From NCBI GenBank assembly GCA_050084985.1, contig JBITNC010000001.1:133300001-133364000 (forward strand): a stretch of 64,000 nucleotides of DNA. Direction: 5' to 3'. Origin of the DNA: Nageia nagi. Taxonomy: Eukaryota > Plantae > Pinophyta. Both the position numbers and the translations under genes were made by a program. How positions within the stretch are numbered: position 1 is the stretch's first letter; every line of letters begins with the position of its first letter. A model generated the notes under the pieces. The model was not told the DNA's origin, searched no databases, and was given only the letters and a program-made list of their open reading frames with translations. Below are positions 1 through 12,758 of this stretch, in pieces.

Positions 1-1297
1 ATATTTCAAACTATGGTGGTCGGTTCTGATGATAAAATGGCGACCAATGAGGTAGGGTCTCCAACGGTGAATGGTATGAATGATTGCAAGCATTTCCTTT
101 TCATAGGTGGATTTAGCCAAGTTTCTACCTGAGAGGGTCGTGCTTGTGGTCACCTTTCTTGCATCAACACGGCTCCAATTCCCACCCTTGAAGCATCACT
201 CTCAATGATGAAGGTCTTAAAGAAATCTGGCATAGCCAATACTAAAGTAGAGCACATGGCCATCTTCAATTGCTAAAAGGATTCTTCGACAGCTGCTGAC
301 CAAAGGCATTCATCTTGAGCAACGCTATGAGTGGGGCTGCAATCTTTCCATAATCTCTCACAAACTTACGGTAGTACCCTATCAATCTGAGGAAACCCCA
401 TAAGCTTTTCAAGGATTTAGGAAGAGGCCAAGTTTGCATATCCTCAATCTTCTGTGGGTCCAACATGACGCCTTCTTTTGAAATAATGTGTCCAAGGTAT
501 TCGAGCTCTTACCGGCCAAAGCAACATTTAGAGCGCTCAGCATACAACTAATTCTCGTGGAGGAGTTGCAAAGTCTGATCTAACTGGGACAAGTGACCCT
601 CCCAAGTTTTGTTGTAAATCAAAATATCATCAAAGAAAACTAAAATAAATTTTCGAAGGTAAGGGCGGAATACCTGGTTCATCAGACTCTGGAAGGTGTA
701 CGGAGTATTAGTAAGGCCGAAAGGCATTACTAGGAACTCATAATGACCTTCATGTGTACGGAAAGCAGTTTTGGGGATGTCTTCCTTGCAAAGCCGAATT
801 TGATGGCACCTAGATCGAAGATCTAACTTGGAGAAATGTTTGGCACCATGGAGTTCATCTAACAATTCATCAATGATTGGAATGGGAAACTTATCCTTGA
901 TGGTCATTTTCTTTAGGGCTCGAAAGTCGATGCACATCCACCATAACCCATCTTTTTTGCAAACCACCAAAATCGAAGAAGAGTAAGGACTCACACTTGG
1001 GCAAATGATGCCAGCTTCTAACATATCTTCCACCAGCTTTTCTATTTCATCCTTTTGGAGACATGAGTAACGGTAAGGCTGAATCTTCGGTGGTTGACTC
1101 CCAGGGATTAATTGGATTGCATGGTCATGGGGGCAATGAGGTGGCAATCTGCAGGGTTCTTCAAAGACTTTAGTATGACAGATGAGTACCTATTGTAATT
1201 CCTATACATCAAGTGAGTCTTGCAAGGCTGGCTAAATAGAAAACAGTTGTCCCACCATTCCCTTACTTCTTTTCTTCAATAGTTTCTCCATGCGATG
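1..1297 (-). pseudogene. RT-RNase H portion of gypsy pol (stops/frameshifts)
   Basis: ORFs 548..1147 (RT) and 266..466 ([17 protein letters not shown]). Confidence 0.92.
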
Positions 1298-1585
1298 TGT
1301 TGTGCCCTACACAACTCGCCCCAAAATTTTGCAATTTTGGGAGCCCTTTGCAACTCAGACCTATCAAGGGTCCAATTAGAGCAACCTTCCAAAGAATCCA
1401 AAATCAAGCCTACCATCCTAGTGTCAAAGTGCAATCATACACCCAATCTCAATCATGTTGCATTGAAGAGTAAAACCCTGGAAAAATGGCTAAGTTTGGA
1501 GACTTCAGGTCGAATCTAGGGGGGACAAGGAAGTCCAAGTCAAGTCCAAACCAAGCAAGTCAGATCCAGGCCACTCCTAGGCCTA

Positions 1586-2532
1586 GCGCATGCTCCAGAA
1601 AGACAAAATCTTGTCTTTCTAAGACATGCGCTCAGGCCAGGAAGACGCCTAGTGTCAAGGTTAAGTCCCAAAACTCGAATTGGGTCACTCCTTGACCCAG
1701 CGCATGCCATGAAAAGACAAAATCTTGTCTTTTTGGGGCATGCGCCAGGCTTAGAGAGATGTCCAGGACAAAACGAAGGCCCAAAACGGACAAGTCAATG
1801 CACACCAAAGCTAGCGCATGTCTCAAAAAGACAATCATGTCTTTTGGGAGCATGCGCCCAAGTCAGGAGGCCACCCAAAAAGACAAAGTGCACTCACCCG
1901 AGGCTAGCGCATACCTCAAAAAGACAAAATCTTGTCTTTTGGGAGCATGCACCAAGCCTAGTAAGGCTTCCGGACAAGATGAAATGGAAAATTTGACTAA
2001 GGCACAGAGCCTCAAAGCCTGGATGCCTCTCAAGCATGACTAGAGAGGCTGGCGCATGCCTCAAAAAGACAAGTTCATGACTTTTGGGAGCATGCGCCAA
2101 GCCTAGGAAGACACCAGGACGAAGCAAGCATGAAAATAAAACTAAGTCCTAAGAGCAAAAAACCAAAACAAGGAAAATCTTACCATCTCCAACCCAACAT
2201 ATGCCTCAAAAAGATAGGATCCTGAATTTCTGGATCATGCACCCAGATTGGAGGAGCTGAAGAAGTTGGAGGGCATTTCGAAAAGACAAAATTTTGTCTT
2301 TTGAAATCATGCGTCGGGCTTGGAGGGGCCCCTGGATTGAGCCAATGGAGAAAAATGAACAAGTTGAATCCCACAAAAGTGCGCATCAAGCAAGATAAAG
2401 TCTCAAGACTGAGCTCTAGGGTCAAGTTGGAAGAAAAGGAGTGCAAGGAAGGCCAACATGGGGGAATGCATTCAACCCCAAGGCTCGCGCATTCTCTAGA
2501 AAGACAAAATCTTGTCTTTTCTGGGCATGCGC
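1586..2532. repeat. Array of 8 dyad-symmetric ~46-bp repeats, GCGCATG-N6-AAAGACAA-AATC-TTGTCTTT-N6-CATGCGC
   Basis: Copies start at about 1586, 1700, 1814, 1907, 2052, 2197, 2271 and 2487, separated by non-identical spacers. Confidence 0.92.
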
Positions 2533-2690
2533 TAGGCTGAAAGACACCCTAAACCGCCCACGTTTGGTCCTGATCGGCTAGAAGCAATGTTTCATGATGG
2601 CACACATCTCGAGGTCAACCACCTGGAGGGCTAGGATGTATCTTTCTCCATAATCTAGCCGAATGGGGTTTCAAGGAGGCCAACTTTAGC

Positions 2691-2698
2691 TATAAATA
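2691..2698 (+). promoter_or_regulatory. TATA box upstream of the LTR-encoded ORF
   Basis: GCTATAAATAC 220 bp upstream of ATG 2911. The same motif sits at the equivalent position in the second copy (34396-34403, minus strand). Confidence 0.65.
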
Positions 2699-2910
2699 CC
2701 AACTTGGAGGCTTCATTTTTCCAAAATTCAAATCACACTCCTCTTCTACACTTGCACCAAAATTGCAGAATTTTGAGTTTGAAATTCGTCCAGAAGCTGG
2801 GAAGGCTTGTGCATGGAGACAAGGAGGCTAGGAAGGTGACATGAAGGTCCTAGGCTAGCAAGAAAGCCAGCGCATCACTTTGGAAGGTCCTTGTCACTCG
2901 TCGAGACATC

Positions 2911-5900
2911 ATGACTAGTTTCAAAAGCAATTCGGCCAAGGACTATATGCGTGATCTGGAGAACATCAGGCATGAGTGCATCATCACTATATACGAGCGA
3001 CAAGACCCCTTGCCCCAAGGGGCTAAGTTCTCCAAGAATGGACTAGCCACTATCGGAGACACAAACTGGCAGAAGGTGGATCCGATGCAAATGAGGGCTA
3101 AGATCAAGAACAAGCCAAATAGCGAGCTGAAACAAGATATTGTCTTCTTCTCTGGGCTCTCAAATTGCACCTTCATCCCATTCATAGTCCCATTCCTAGA
3201 GTTCTGTTTGGAAGTCGGCCAACATTGGAAGAAGGGCGAGAGAGTACTCTATTACATCAAAGGCAACATCATCATGGATTTCAGCCCCGAAGCCATCAAG
3301 ATAGCATTTCAGTGGACTTCGGAGGGCAACTTTGAATACTTGGAGAAGTCGTTGGCATGCTATCGAGACACCAATAGGGCAGCCACAACAATCAAGAGTT
3401 GGATGTTGGACAAACATCATGGCCTAAAGGGCAACGCACTCATCAACGCCCCTCGCTCCCACTTCTATCTGTCCGTAAAATTAATGATCCTCATGTTGTC
3501 GTGAGTTCTTAGGAAGAAAGTTGCATCCAAATTCCGAAAACAGTTCTTCAGCTTCATCATGGAGATTGCTAGAGGGAAGAAGATCAAGTGGAGTAAGGAG
3601 TTGAGTGACAGCATCATGGATCAATTGTTATCAGTGGGGACCACACGCAAATTTTACCTCAACTCTTCCTTGGTATACCTGCTACTTTATGGCAAGCAAA
3701 GACCTACAGCTTCAGGGAAGGCAAACTTGATTGAATGAGGAACGTATGCCATATGGAAGTGCTACCTTAAGTGGAAGATTGAGAGGAGATGGGAAGACTT
3801 CATGATGAAGAGTGATGGATGGGAGCATGAAATTTACAAAGAACTCAAGGGAGAAATTACACTTGCTCAAATCTCCAATTCAGCCTAGGATGCGTTGAGG
3901 AGACATGGAGACTTTTTCATCCATCACCAACATTACTCTTACATTCGCCTCTACGGATAAGTCGTGGAGCCATATCAACTGCCTAGGTATGTGAGCAACA
4001 AGATGCTCCTAATGGAGATGATGAGGCAGTTGACCTACTTGCATGAGCATGTCTGGCAAAAGAAATCAGCCACTTCTAATTTACCGATCATAGTAGGGGA
4101 GCATCAGTGCAGAGCGTGGGCGGATGTGACCTCCATGATAGAGGAGTTGGAGAAGTACAACTTCCAGAAGATGTCAGTCACTAATCACTATGATCCTGAA
4201 CATCGGATTCATGACTTCTATATGAAGTAGAGGAAGAGAGCCTATGAGAATAGGCCACATAGAAATGAAGAGCCATTCTGGAACATCAGTACTGAAATGG
4301 AGGTGAAAAGGATCCGTGCCAGGATGCAAGAAGAGGCCCAGAAGCAACAACAAGAGGTAGAAGCTTCCATTGAAAAGAGATTGTCTCAATCTCGGGGAAG
4401 GAAGCCACAAGAATCCACATCTAGAGTCATCCAAGTTCCACCGACGATTGAGGAACCTGTCAAGCAGTATGCATCCACGCGTGGGAAGAATCCGGTTAAG
4501 TAGGTAGTGCAACAAGTCAAGGAGATAGTTGATGAACATGATATGAGAGAGTTGGAGCATGTGACGACTAATAAGGTGGTGAGATGTGTGAGAAATAGGA
4601 AAGTAGATTCGTCGCCACCCCAGAGGCCGCCAAGAGAAGTAGTGTAACATCCATCACAGACTATCCCACCATCAAGATCAGAATCCTCGGGCCGTTTATA
4701 TGAAGATCACAACATCCCTCAGAGAGAACAAGCAGATAGGCATGGAGATGAGGATCATCAAAGCATGCTTACAGAAGGGGAATATGAAAACATACCTCAA
4801 GATGAGTCTGATGAAGAGCCAGAGAACAAGCATGTAGCCAGTACTGTTCCCGGAGAAGATATTCAGGATGCACGGGGTGATGAAGAGCCGTCATTGGAGA
4901 TATTGAAGGAGGTTCATAATCATACCACCTCAAAGCCTTCAACATCTAGAGGGAAAAGCAAAACCCAACCCCTGAGTCAATACCAAGAAGAGCCCAACTG
5001 AAGAGGGGGTCTCAATCCAGATTATCAATGACACCCGAGGAATCTACAGGAAAAGAAGAAAGGCCTTTGAAGAAAATCAAAGAGAACGACATCACCACCG
5101 CTGAGGCAGTTGTTGAGACCCACCAACCTTTGCCTAATCGTGAGTGGGGTGTAGATATAAACGAATGTTTTGATGTCTTTAACATGGATGTGGCAGAAGA
5201 GTTCAGGCCGAGAGGAACATATGATCATATTGGAGAGAGTTCCACTCGTTTGGAGAGGAGTCAAACTTACATGCACATGACAGATAATGTGGTTTGCATC
5301 AAAACTATAGTGGCTGACAAGGATAACTGTCAAGGCCCAGGAGACTTCAGACAAATAAATCAGATCGTCAAGATAGGCCCCATTGGTGTGACTAGCAGAA
5401 AACATGTGATCGTCTCTAACACTAAGGCAATCGCAAAGGACGAGCTGCTAAAGGAGGAGATAAAAAGCTTGAAGAAAGAGCTGGCCGCCCAAAGGAGATT
5501 GACTCATGAGCTTGAGTCAACCAAAGTACCCACAAAAGAACTAAAGAAAGTCAAACCTCTCAAAGAAGGTATGATGGCAATGAAGCAAGAGGTGGTGGAT
5601 GAGATCTTAACAATATTGAGGCAATTCATTGAGGCCCTTCACAAGGTTTCGTTCGAAGAGAATCAGCTGAAGTACATTGTCACTGAAAGGGCAAGCTACA
5701 CCAGATTTTAGAGTCCCAGCAACCCATGATACTGAGGTATGAGACATCACAGGCTCAAAGGCCCAAGGATACTAAATTCTGCAAGGATTACTAGTTCTAT
5801 TGGGGTGTAAACAGCCAAGTACTTACCCACTTCCAGGAGGTAAGAAAGGAGGTGACCGCGATCAACGATAAGGCCCACTCATGCATTGAGCAGATGGAAT

Positions 5901-6216
5901 TTTAGGTGCAGTACTTGGAGGAAGACACCACCATTCGGGAGGCAGAAGAGGTAGTGGCAGAGGTCAGACACCTCCTTCAGAGCCTGATGATGACGGAAGA
6001 CGTGAACTCCTACCAGTCGGAGAGTAACTTGAGGCACATGCTACGACTCACACAGGGAGGATTGAGATGCAAAAGTTGGTGGACGAGGTCAAGGACAGTG
6101 TTGCTGTTAGCAGGCCGAAGTTCTCGGAGATGTTGTGTGGAGTGGAACTTACGACGAAATTCTTGGTCAAAGGTTTCGAAGACCGAGTTGTGGGCTTGGG
6201 CCCACCATTGGCTTAG
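2911..6216 (+). pseudogene. LTR-encoded ~1,100-codon ORF of unknown function (conserved N-terminal domain, acidic low-complexity middle, coiled-coil-like C-terminus), disrupted
   Basis: ORF pieces 2911..3504, 3964..4230, 4297..4503, 4765..5001, 5028..5711 and 5906.. are collinear with homologous pieces at 34180-30970 and 52986-56444. Confidence 0.85.
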
Positions 6217-7328
6217 CTATTATTTTGTTTTAAATTAAGTTTATTTTTATTTTCCAACTAGACATTTTCAGTATTATTTTATTCCCAAACTCGTGAAGGA
6301 TAAAGATTTGCTCCCAAGAGTTTGGAAGAAATTTTGTAATGCCATGTGGCGCATTTTTAATGAACCTCATTTTATTTCTGACATATATAACTAGGGTTAG
6401 GGCAACACTGTTGATTGCACCTAAAAATCATTTATACCCCATTTTGATTGATTTGTGGGGCATTGACATTTTGATAACTTAATAGAAACTTTGTTGGACC
6501 AAAATTGCTCTTAAGTGTTAAATGTGGTGTATATGGATGCTATTGTGATTTATTTACTTGTTCATGTTGGAATGTGAATGCGAATGAATGTTAGATAGTG
6601 CTATCTATGTTCATTCTATCATTGCTTGATGTTATTTCAATTGACTTGGTACATTTTGTAAACTTCATTGAGGTGGACGAAAGCTTGTTTGCATATCTTG
6701 AGAAGTAGTTGATTGATATCTCATGGATGATATTTCACCATTTGCAATATAGACTTGGTAATCTTGAGGGCTTCACTGATGATGTTCGCCATAGGAACTT
6801 CACCCAAGTCCTTTAGTTGTACCTTGGTCTCACCCTATCACATTGCCTCAACTTCACGCTCCATCCATTCAGCTATTCGTGTTGTTGGCTAGTTGATCAG
6901 ATAGTGGGTGCCTCGAAACTGCATTGAACCCAAGTGAACCAACTTCCGAGCATCCTTACCAGCCCGTGAGCCTGTATGCCCACTATTGCATCCTATTCCC
7001 ACAATCTTTCCACCATCTTTCTTCCTTTTATTTTACACTTTTTTCTGCGGTTTTCGCACCCCAATTTTCCCTTTTCAGCATTTTAGAAACAACCTTGTTA
7101 GAGCCCAAATATAGAACTCGGAGTCCCTTGAATCCACACATAATATTCATGTTAGTGGCAGCTCTAAACATCTCAACCGTATCCTAGGTTATTCTCGCAT
7201 AACTCACGAAGCCAAACCTTTGGGGTAACCAATCTCCATAGCGGGAGGGAGTAACGTCCCTCCACCTGAGGCGTTGGCATTTTTTCTCATTGCTTCAGGG
7301 TAGGAATGAAAAACTCCCCAACACGATG

Positions 7329-8780
7329 TGAACTAATAATTTGTGATTGCCCCGCCTTAATTCCTTTAAGAGTATATTTGTTCTCGTCAACTTTGAATTG
7401 CATCCACAACTCACGAAAATCCTAAGGAACAAGGCCTAATGTCATCATCCATTGTATACCAAGGACTACATCACACCCGCCTAATGGTAGAACATACATG
7501 TCGCTTTACATCTTGTAGTCACTCATATTGAGCTTGATGTTACGACACCATCCTTTGCAAGCAATTTTCCCACCATTGCCTATCATCACCTCAAAATTAT
7601 TATGTGGATAGATATAAGAGTGGTTCCGAATCCATAAAATTACGAGTGCTTCCGGAGTCGAGCAATATTATCAATAGTTGTCCCTTAAAATATCCCCAAA
7701 CTTTCATGGTTTGTGGAGATGTAAACCCATAGAGGGCATTGCAAGAAATTTCAGGACCGACTTCAGCTGGTTGGTCTGATTCCTCTTCGATATCTGCCAT
7801 AGCATCCTCAAAAGCCTCTTCTGATGGTTCTACAGGAGCATCTGAATCTAGGACATATAATTTTTGTGTTGCACAACGATGGCCCGGTGCAAATTTTTCA
7901 TCGCAATTATAACAAAGCCCTTTTTCTTGCGCTCTTCCATCTCGGCAAGAGTCAATCTTTTAACCGGCAGGGATTGTGGTGGTTTGTGACTACTTTGGAA
8001 AGTTTCTGGTTTCCAAGCGGTTTGCTTGGTGTTTTTGCTTTGTGCACTGAACTTATCCTCCGCCAACTTGGCAAGCCCTATCGTTGTTGTCATGTTGCTA
8101 GGAATGAACATTTTTACTTCCACTTGAATGTCTTCCTTTAGCCCGCTATTGAAACAACTACAGAAGAATCCCTTATCTAATCCTTCAATACGATTAGCCA
8201 ACTTTTCAAATTCCGTTTGGTCTTCTCTCACTAGTCATTTGACAAAATTTGGAGAGGGCACCAGTGAAATCCTCAAAATCTAACTAGGACGTTATGGGTT
8301 AAATCCATCCAAGATGGGGTGCCATTTGCCTTTTCAAACCATTGGATGGCTTCACGCTCTAGATGAAAAGAGGCAAGGTTCACCTTTTGAGCGTTGGGAA
8401 TTTGATTTAAAGAAAAATATTGCTCGACTCGATATATCCAACTAGTGGTGTCATCACCATCAAATGTTGGAAAGTCCAATTTGGATGTACACGAAAAAAT
8501 GAAGGCTTGTTGCGGTCCTTGAAAGTTCTCGAAGCCTTGGCCAATATATGGTTGAGATTGATTTGATCCACTTGCAACTAAGGATGTGTTATGAGTTGTG
8601 GTTTTGCTCCAAGATTTGCAACTTTCGATCTATGTAAGCATAAGCAATGGTTATTGCTTCAACTACTTTTTTGATTTCATCAATAGCAATGGGGAAGTGA
8701 TAGTCACCAATGAGGTCCATTATGTGGTTTAGACCCTGTGATATTTTATCCATATCCAAGGATCTTCGACCGTTAGCCAT
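7329..8780 (-). pseudogene. gag-protease portion of the same gypsy element
   Basis: ORFs 8273..8479 (FPTFDG...LASFHLEREAIQWF), 7848..8231 and 7600..7800 (LLDSGSTRNFMD). Confidence 0.88.
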
Positions 8781-9361
8781 CTGACTATTTCAAGAACTAT
8801 TATTTTTAGAAACAGCTATTTTTGAAAACTGAAAGTGTGGGGGTGCTATATATCAAAATGATCAGCACAAAAAAATAATCACAATGGGATAGGTTCCGAA
8901 ATGATGATTTTTAGAAATTTATACTCGTTGACATAGGTAACAAACCAGCCTTGTCAGGATCACCTAATTCTTCACCGTTTGCAAGATAACAACCTCTAAA
9001 GTTTTTGCCTGTTTTAGTAACTGCTATTTTTCGTAAGGGAAAATAGGGTTCCATAAGGAGAAAAAAGGTTGTTTCAGAACTGGTGGCGGCTTGAAGTATG
9101 GAGGTCATGAAACAATGAACAAAAAGACGGTTAGAAGCGCATGATGCAGGAATGGCGTGGTGCGAATGAAGGTCACAACTATGGTGGAAAAAAAATTGGC
9201 CCACTTCTGGAAAAAATTTGGCAAAGTTTCAACTGTAAAATGGGCAAAATTTAGGGTTTGAACTCGATGTGACCTTGCTGTTTTGGCAAAATTTTGGCAA
9301 CGTTTGGGTTTAGAACACAAAAATATCAATCCTTAACCAGCCCACAAGTGCCAAAATCGAA

Positions 9362-9373
9362 GCTTTAATACCA
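9362..9373 (-). other. Primer-binding site, tRNA-iMet type (degenerate)
   Basis: The minus strand reads TAACA-tc-TGGTATTAAAGC, against consensus TGGTATCAGAGC. Confidence 0.8.
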
Positions 9374-9793
9374 GATGTTAGGAACCCACAAGTTTTTAAA
9401 CGGGATTCTTGCCAAAATAACAGTGAAATAGTAACAAAGTGTATCTCAATCTCACAACACAAGCACCACGAATCTGAATAGAGCAAAATGATAAAAGAAT
9501 CGCTTTACTGAATAACCAAAATGAATCGTAGGCCACTTCGAGAGGGCTACCTCCTTACAACTAAAAAAATATATTTTCCAAGATACCAACTATTCTATTT
9601 CCACACATATTTATAGTCCGCCTACCCTAACCCTAATTGGTTGCTTAATACAAAATGGCAATTCACCTTACAAATATGTCGATCTCCTTACATTTAATAA
9701 AAACCAATATTCTAATTAATAAACTATTATAATCTAAGTAAATGTTAGGACCTGGTTTTAAGGTGTCCAAGCCAAGGGCATTGGTTGATATAA

Positions 9794-12758
9794 TGTAAGG
9801 ATCCCAAACACAACTCAAGTGTAAAATTAGCAAATTCAAACCCTTAAACTCTGACGTCAGGCCTAGGGCATCAATTACAAGCATATACCACACAATATTG
9901 ACGACATCTAAGCTAGGGCATCAATATAAAAACATGCACAACACCATGATACCAATGTCTGGCCAATACATACAATTATCAGTGAACAACACTCCACAAT
10001 GCCAACGTCTGGCTTACACGTGCATAATGAGACACACATCGCAACGTTGCATACATGGACATAATAACAATATAATATGAGATCCAGAAGTCCAACAATT
10101 GTATAGAAGATGTACAATGCTCAACAATACAATACCAGGCCCAATAGGGCTGACGTCTACCTCCAAGGAGCCAACTAGGGCATAACCAAATGCCTCTCAC
10201 TGATGGAATAATATCGAAACCATGGGACAATACGCTCCCTCAGAATCTGAATCCTCTCCACCGAAGGAGCCCTCCTCAAACCCTGGCTAACCACTGAAGG
10301 TAGAAGCTATACCTTGGAATACACCACCAGATGGGCAAGGGTGCTACACCAATGTCGCAGACGATCAAGATCCCTCAACCTGAAATCTCTCCTAGATGTT
10401 GCACCTAGGGGATGTGCTTAACGCCGCTAAGTCTTCTTGTCCTCTGGATGATATGAAGTATAATAATGATCAAGTATATCCAGTTATGAGACTCCAACGT
10501 CTCTTTATACACTTCTCACCTAGGAGTCATCACCTGGGTCCTCTAATCCAACGTTGGCCTCCTGGGGGCCCAAAATACCCATCGTGGATGTCTAAGGGTT
10601 AGACATGCCAACGTGGGGGCCTAGGGTGCATTAAGTGCCAACGTGGGAGTCTAGGAGTGCCACACATGCCCACATGGGTCAAGAGGGCAAACGTGGGGGT
10701 ATGGGAGCCTCCCCAAGACTAGTACATGCATACAAGTGTCTTTCTAGTCATCTAAGTGCAATAATAGACCTTGGGATACCCACAATCATGATCGGGATTT
10801 CCAAGTGCAATAATACCATCTAATGTACACTTGGGAGGGAGACGTCCTACTTGGGGCTCATAGTGGCGTCCATTAACCCATTAAGTCTTCTATCCCAAGT
10901 CAAAAACATGAAAGTACAAGGCATTAATAAAATATATTACAAAAGGAACCCATTAGGTTCCAAGATTAATTACAATTGTGCAAAGGGGACATCACAAAGC
11001 CTCCCCTCTCGAATTGCTTACCCTCAAGCAATGGTGGAAGACTGTAGCATATTGTCTTGCAAGAATCCTTCAATCTTGATAACAATGGTTGGTGAAGGTG
11101 AAATGCAACTTCAATATTCTTCATCCAGGATGGTAGTATAACGCAGACTACTAAAGCCTCATGCCCGTGCTTCACTGTAACTTGTAAACTCCCTGGTTTG
11201 TTGTAACTATCACTCCTCATCAACTACTCCATGGTAGTTCTCAGTACACATGGTGTATGTGTATCGATGTGGAGATGTACCTACAAGAACCTTAAGAAAA
11301 TCATAGATAAGTCAAAACAAGTTGGTGTCTTGCTCTTTAGATGAAGCCAATCCTCCCCCAAGCCCAACGTGGGGTCCCATGCTTCCCAATCACCCCCTAT
11401 GTATCCCAAGACTCCACTTCTCACTGTGGGGTGCCAAATTGCCACCTAACCCAACATTAAGTGCACAAACTCTTCTAGGTCCAACATGGGAAGCCAACAT
11501 CTTCTTATCCCAGCCGTTAAGTGCTCAAACCCCTTCAAACTGAATGTGGGAAGCCTAACCTCTCCAAGCCTCAATGTGGAATGCTCAGACTCCCTGAAGC
11601 TCAAAGTTTGATGGTGAATCTCCCACGTACCCAACATAGGGTGTCCAATCTCTCCTAGGCTCCATTTCTGATGACATATCCTTTAGATACCCAACATGAG
11701 GTGGAGATCCCTCCCAAGGCCTAACGTGGAATGCCTAGCTCCTCCAAGTCCCAACGTAGGCCCTTCGATCTCTCTGGGCTACAACGTGGGGTATGGAAGG
11801 TCCCCACTGCCCCTCATCTCCTATCAAGACTCCTCTTCTCCCAACGTGGCCCCGTCTTCCGCTTCCTCCTTCTAACATCACTCAATCACCTCTAGCCATT
11901 TGTTGTCCACTTGTGGACAATAATCTCTAATCCCTTGCAATGTGTGGGTCTTAGCATCCATCTCGAAATTTGTAGTGAGTTTCTGATAATTCGTATCAAT
12001 ATCACCCAAATCAAACAGCCACTGCACTCCCAATAATGTGAGGATGCCCCTTCAAGGGATAGATGTAGAAATCCTCCCTCACTGTACAACTTTGCAATCT
12101 TACACCAAACCTCTCAACGATGTGATCTACCAGTGTGAGTTTCCCATTGGCGTTGGAAACTTTGAATCACTCGAACCCTTTGGTCTTTAGATTCTTCTTT
12201 TTTGCAAAACCTGCATCGATGAAGTTGTGGGTTGCTCCTAGGTCAATTAAGACCATCACATCTTGTCCTCCCGCTTCCCACATAATCTTCAACGTGAGGT
12301 ACTTCTTTACCCCATGTAGTGAAGCAATCATGCTTCTCAATGTGCCTTCAGCCCAAGGTGCCACTTGATCTAGGATGTCTACTCCAATCTCCATATCTAA
12401 ATCATCTTACTCATCCTCAGAAAACACATTTATGTAATGCACTTGTCCCTTACCTTGACAACGATGCCCTGGATCCCAAGTCTTCTTGCAATAGAAGCAC
12501 TTGCCCTCCTCTCTCAACTTCCTTCAAGTGGTTGCATCCAATTGATTCATTCGAGGTGGGGGAAAGGGTTTGGCCTTGCTAGGCCCATCTTTATCAGCAA
12601 AAAGCTTCCGTGATTGGCCCTCTGTACATCTGACCTCCATTGAGGGATTTCACCGTTGGCTCCAGATCATACGCAGCCCGAATAGCATCATCAAGGTTCC
12701 TACGAGAGGACACCTTGACCATTCCCTGCAATGGCTCTATCAAACCCTCGATCAAGAA
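9794..12758 (-). mobile_element. Non-autonomous gypsy-type LTR element (3' part): 3' LTR 9794-10996, PPT 10997-11010, protease remnant; truncated at 12759
   Basis: LTR ends TGTAAGG.../...GACATCACA, PPT GAGAGGGGAGGCTT, VLIDLGATHNFID (ORF 12167..12394). Internal region is homologous to 44970-46784 and has no RT or integrase. Confidence 0.82.

Larger units (their letters stand above)
1298..7323 (+). mobile_element. Giant (6,026 bp) protein-coding solo LTR of a Tat-type element
   Basis: Termini TGTTG...CAACA. Perfect 5-bp TSD CGATG (1293-1297 / 7324-7328) splits the host element's pol. Its 3' end is homologous to the sequence just before the PBS at 57725. Confidence 0.9.
1..9793 (-). mobile_element. 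Ty3/gypsy chromovirus-like (Reina-like) LTR retrotransposon, decayed; interrupted by the solo LTR at 1298-7323; runs off the left edge
   Basis: Minus-strand order: partial 5' LTR (9376-~9793), iMet PBS, gag, protease (LLDSGST), RT (KDKFPIP...FFDDILIY), RNase H. Clade assignment is from motif recognition only. Confidence 0.88.

Noticed and set aside
1586-2532. CRISPR array (palindromic repeats with distinct spacers)
   Set aside because: Eukaryotic LTR context with no cas genes. Repeats are degenerate, spacers range from about 26 to 170 bp, and spacers are positionally homologous between element copies rather than acquired.
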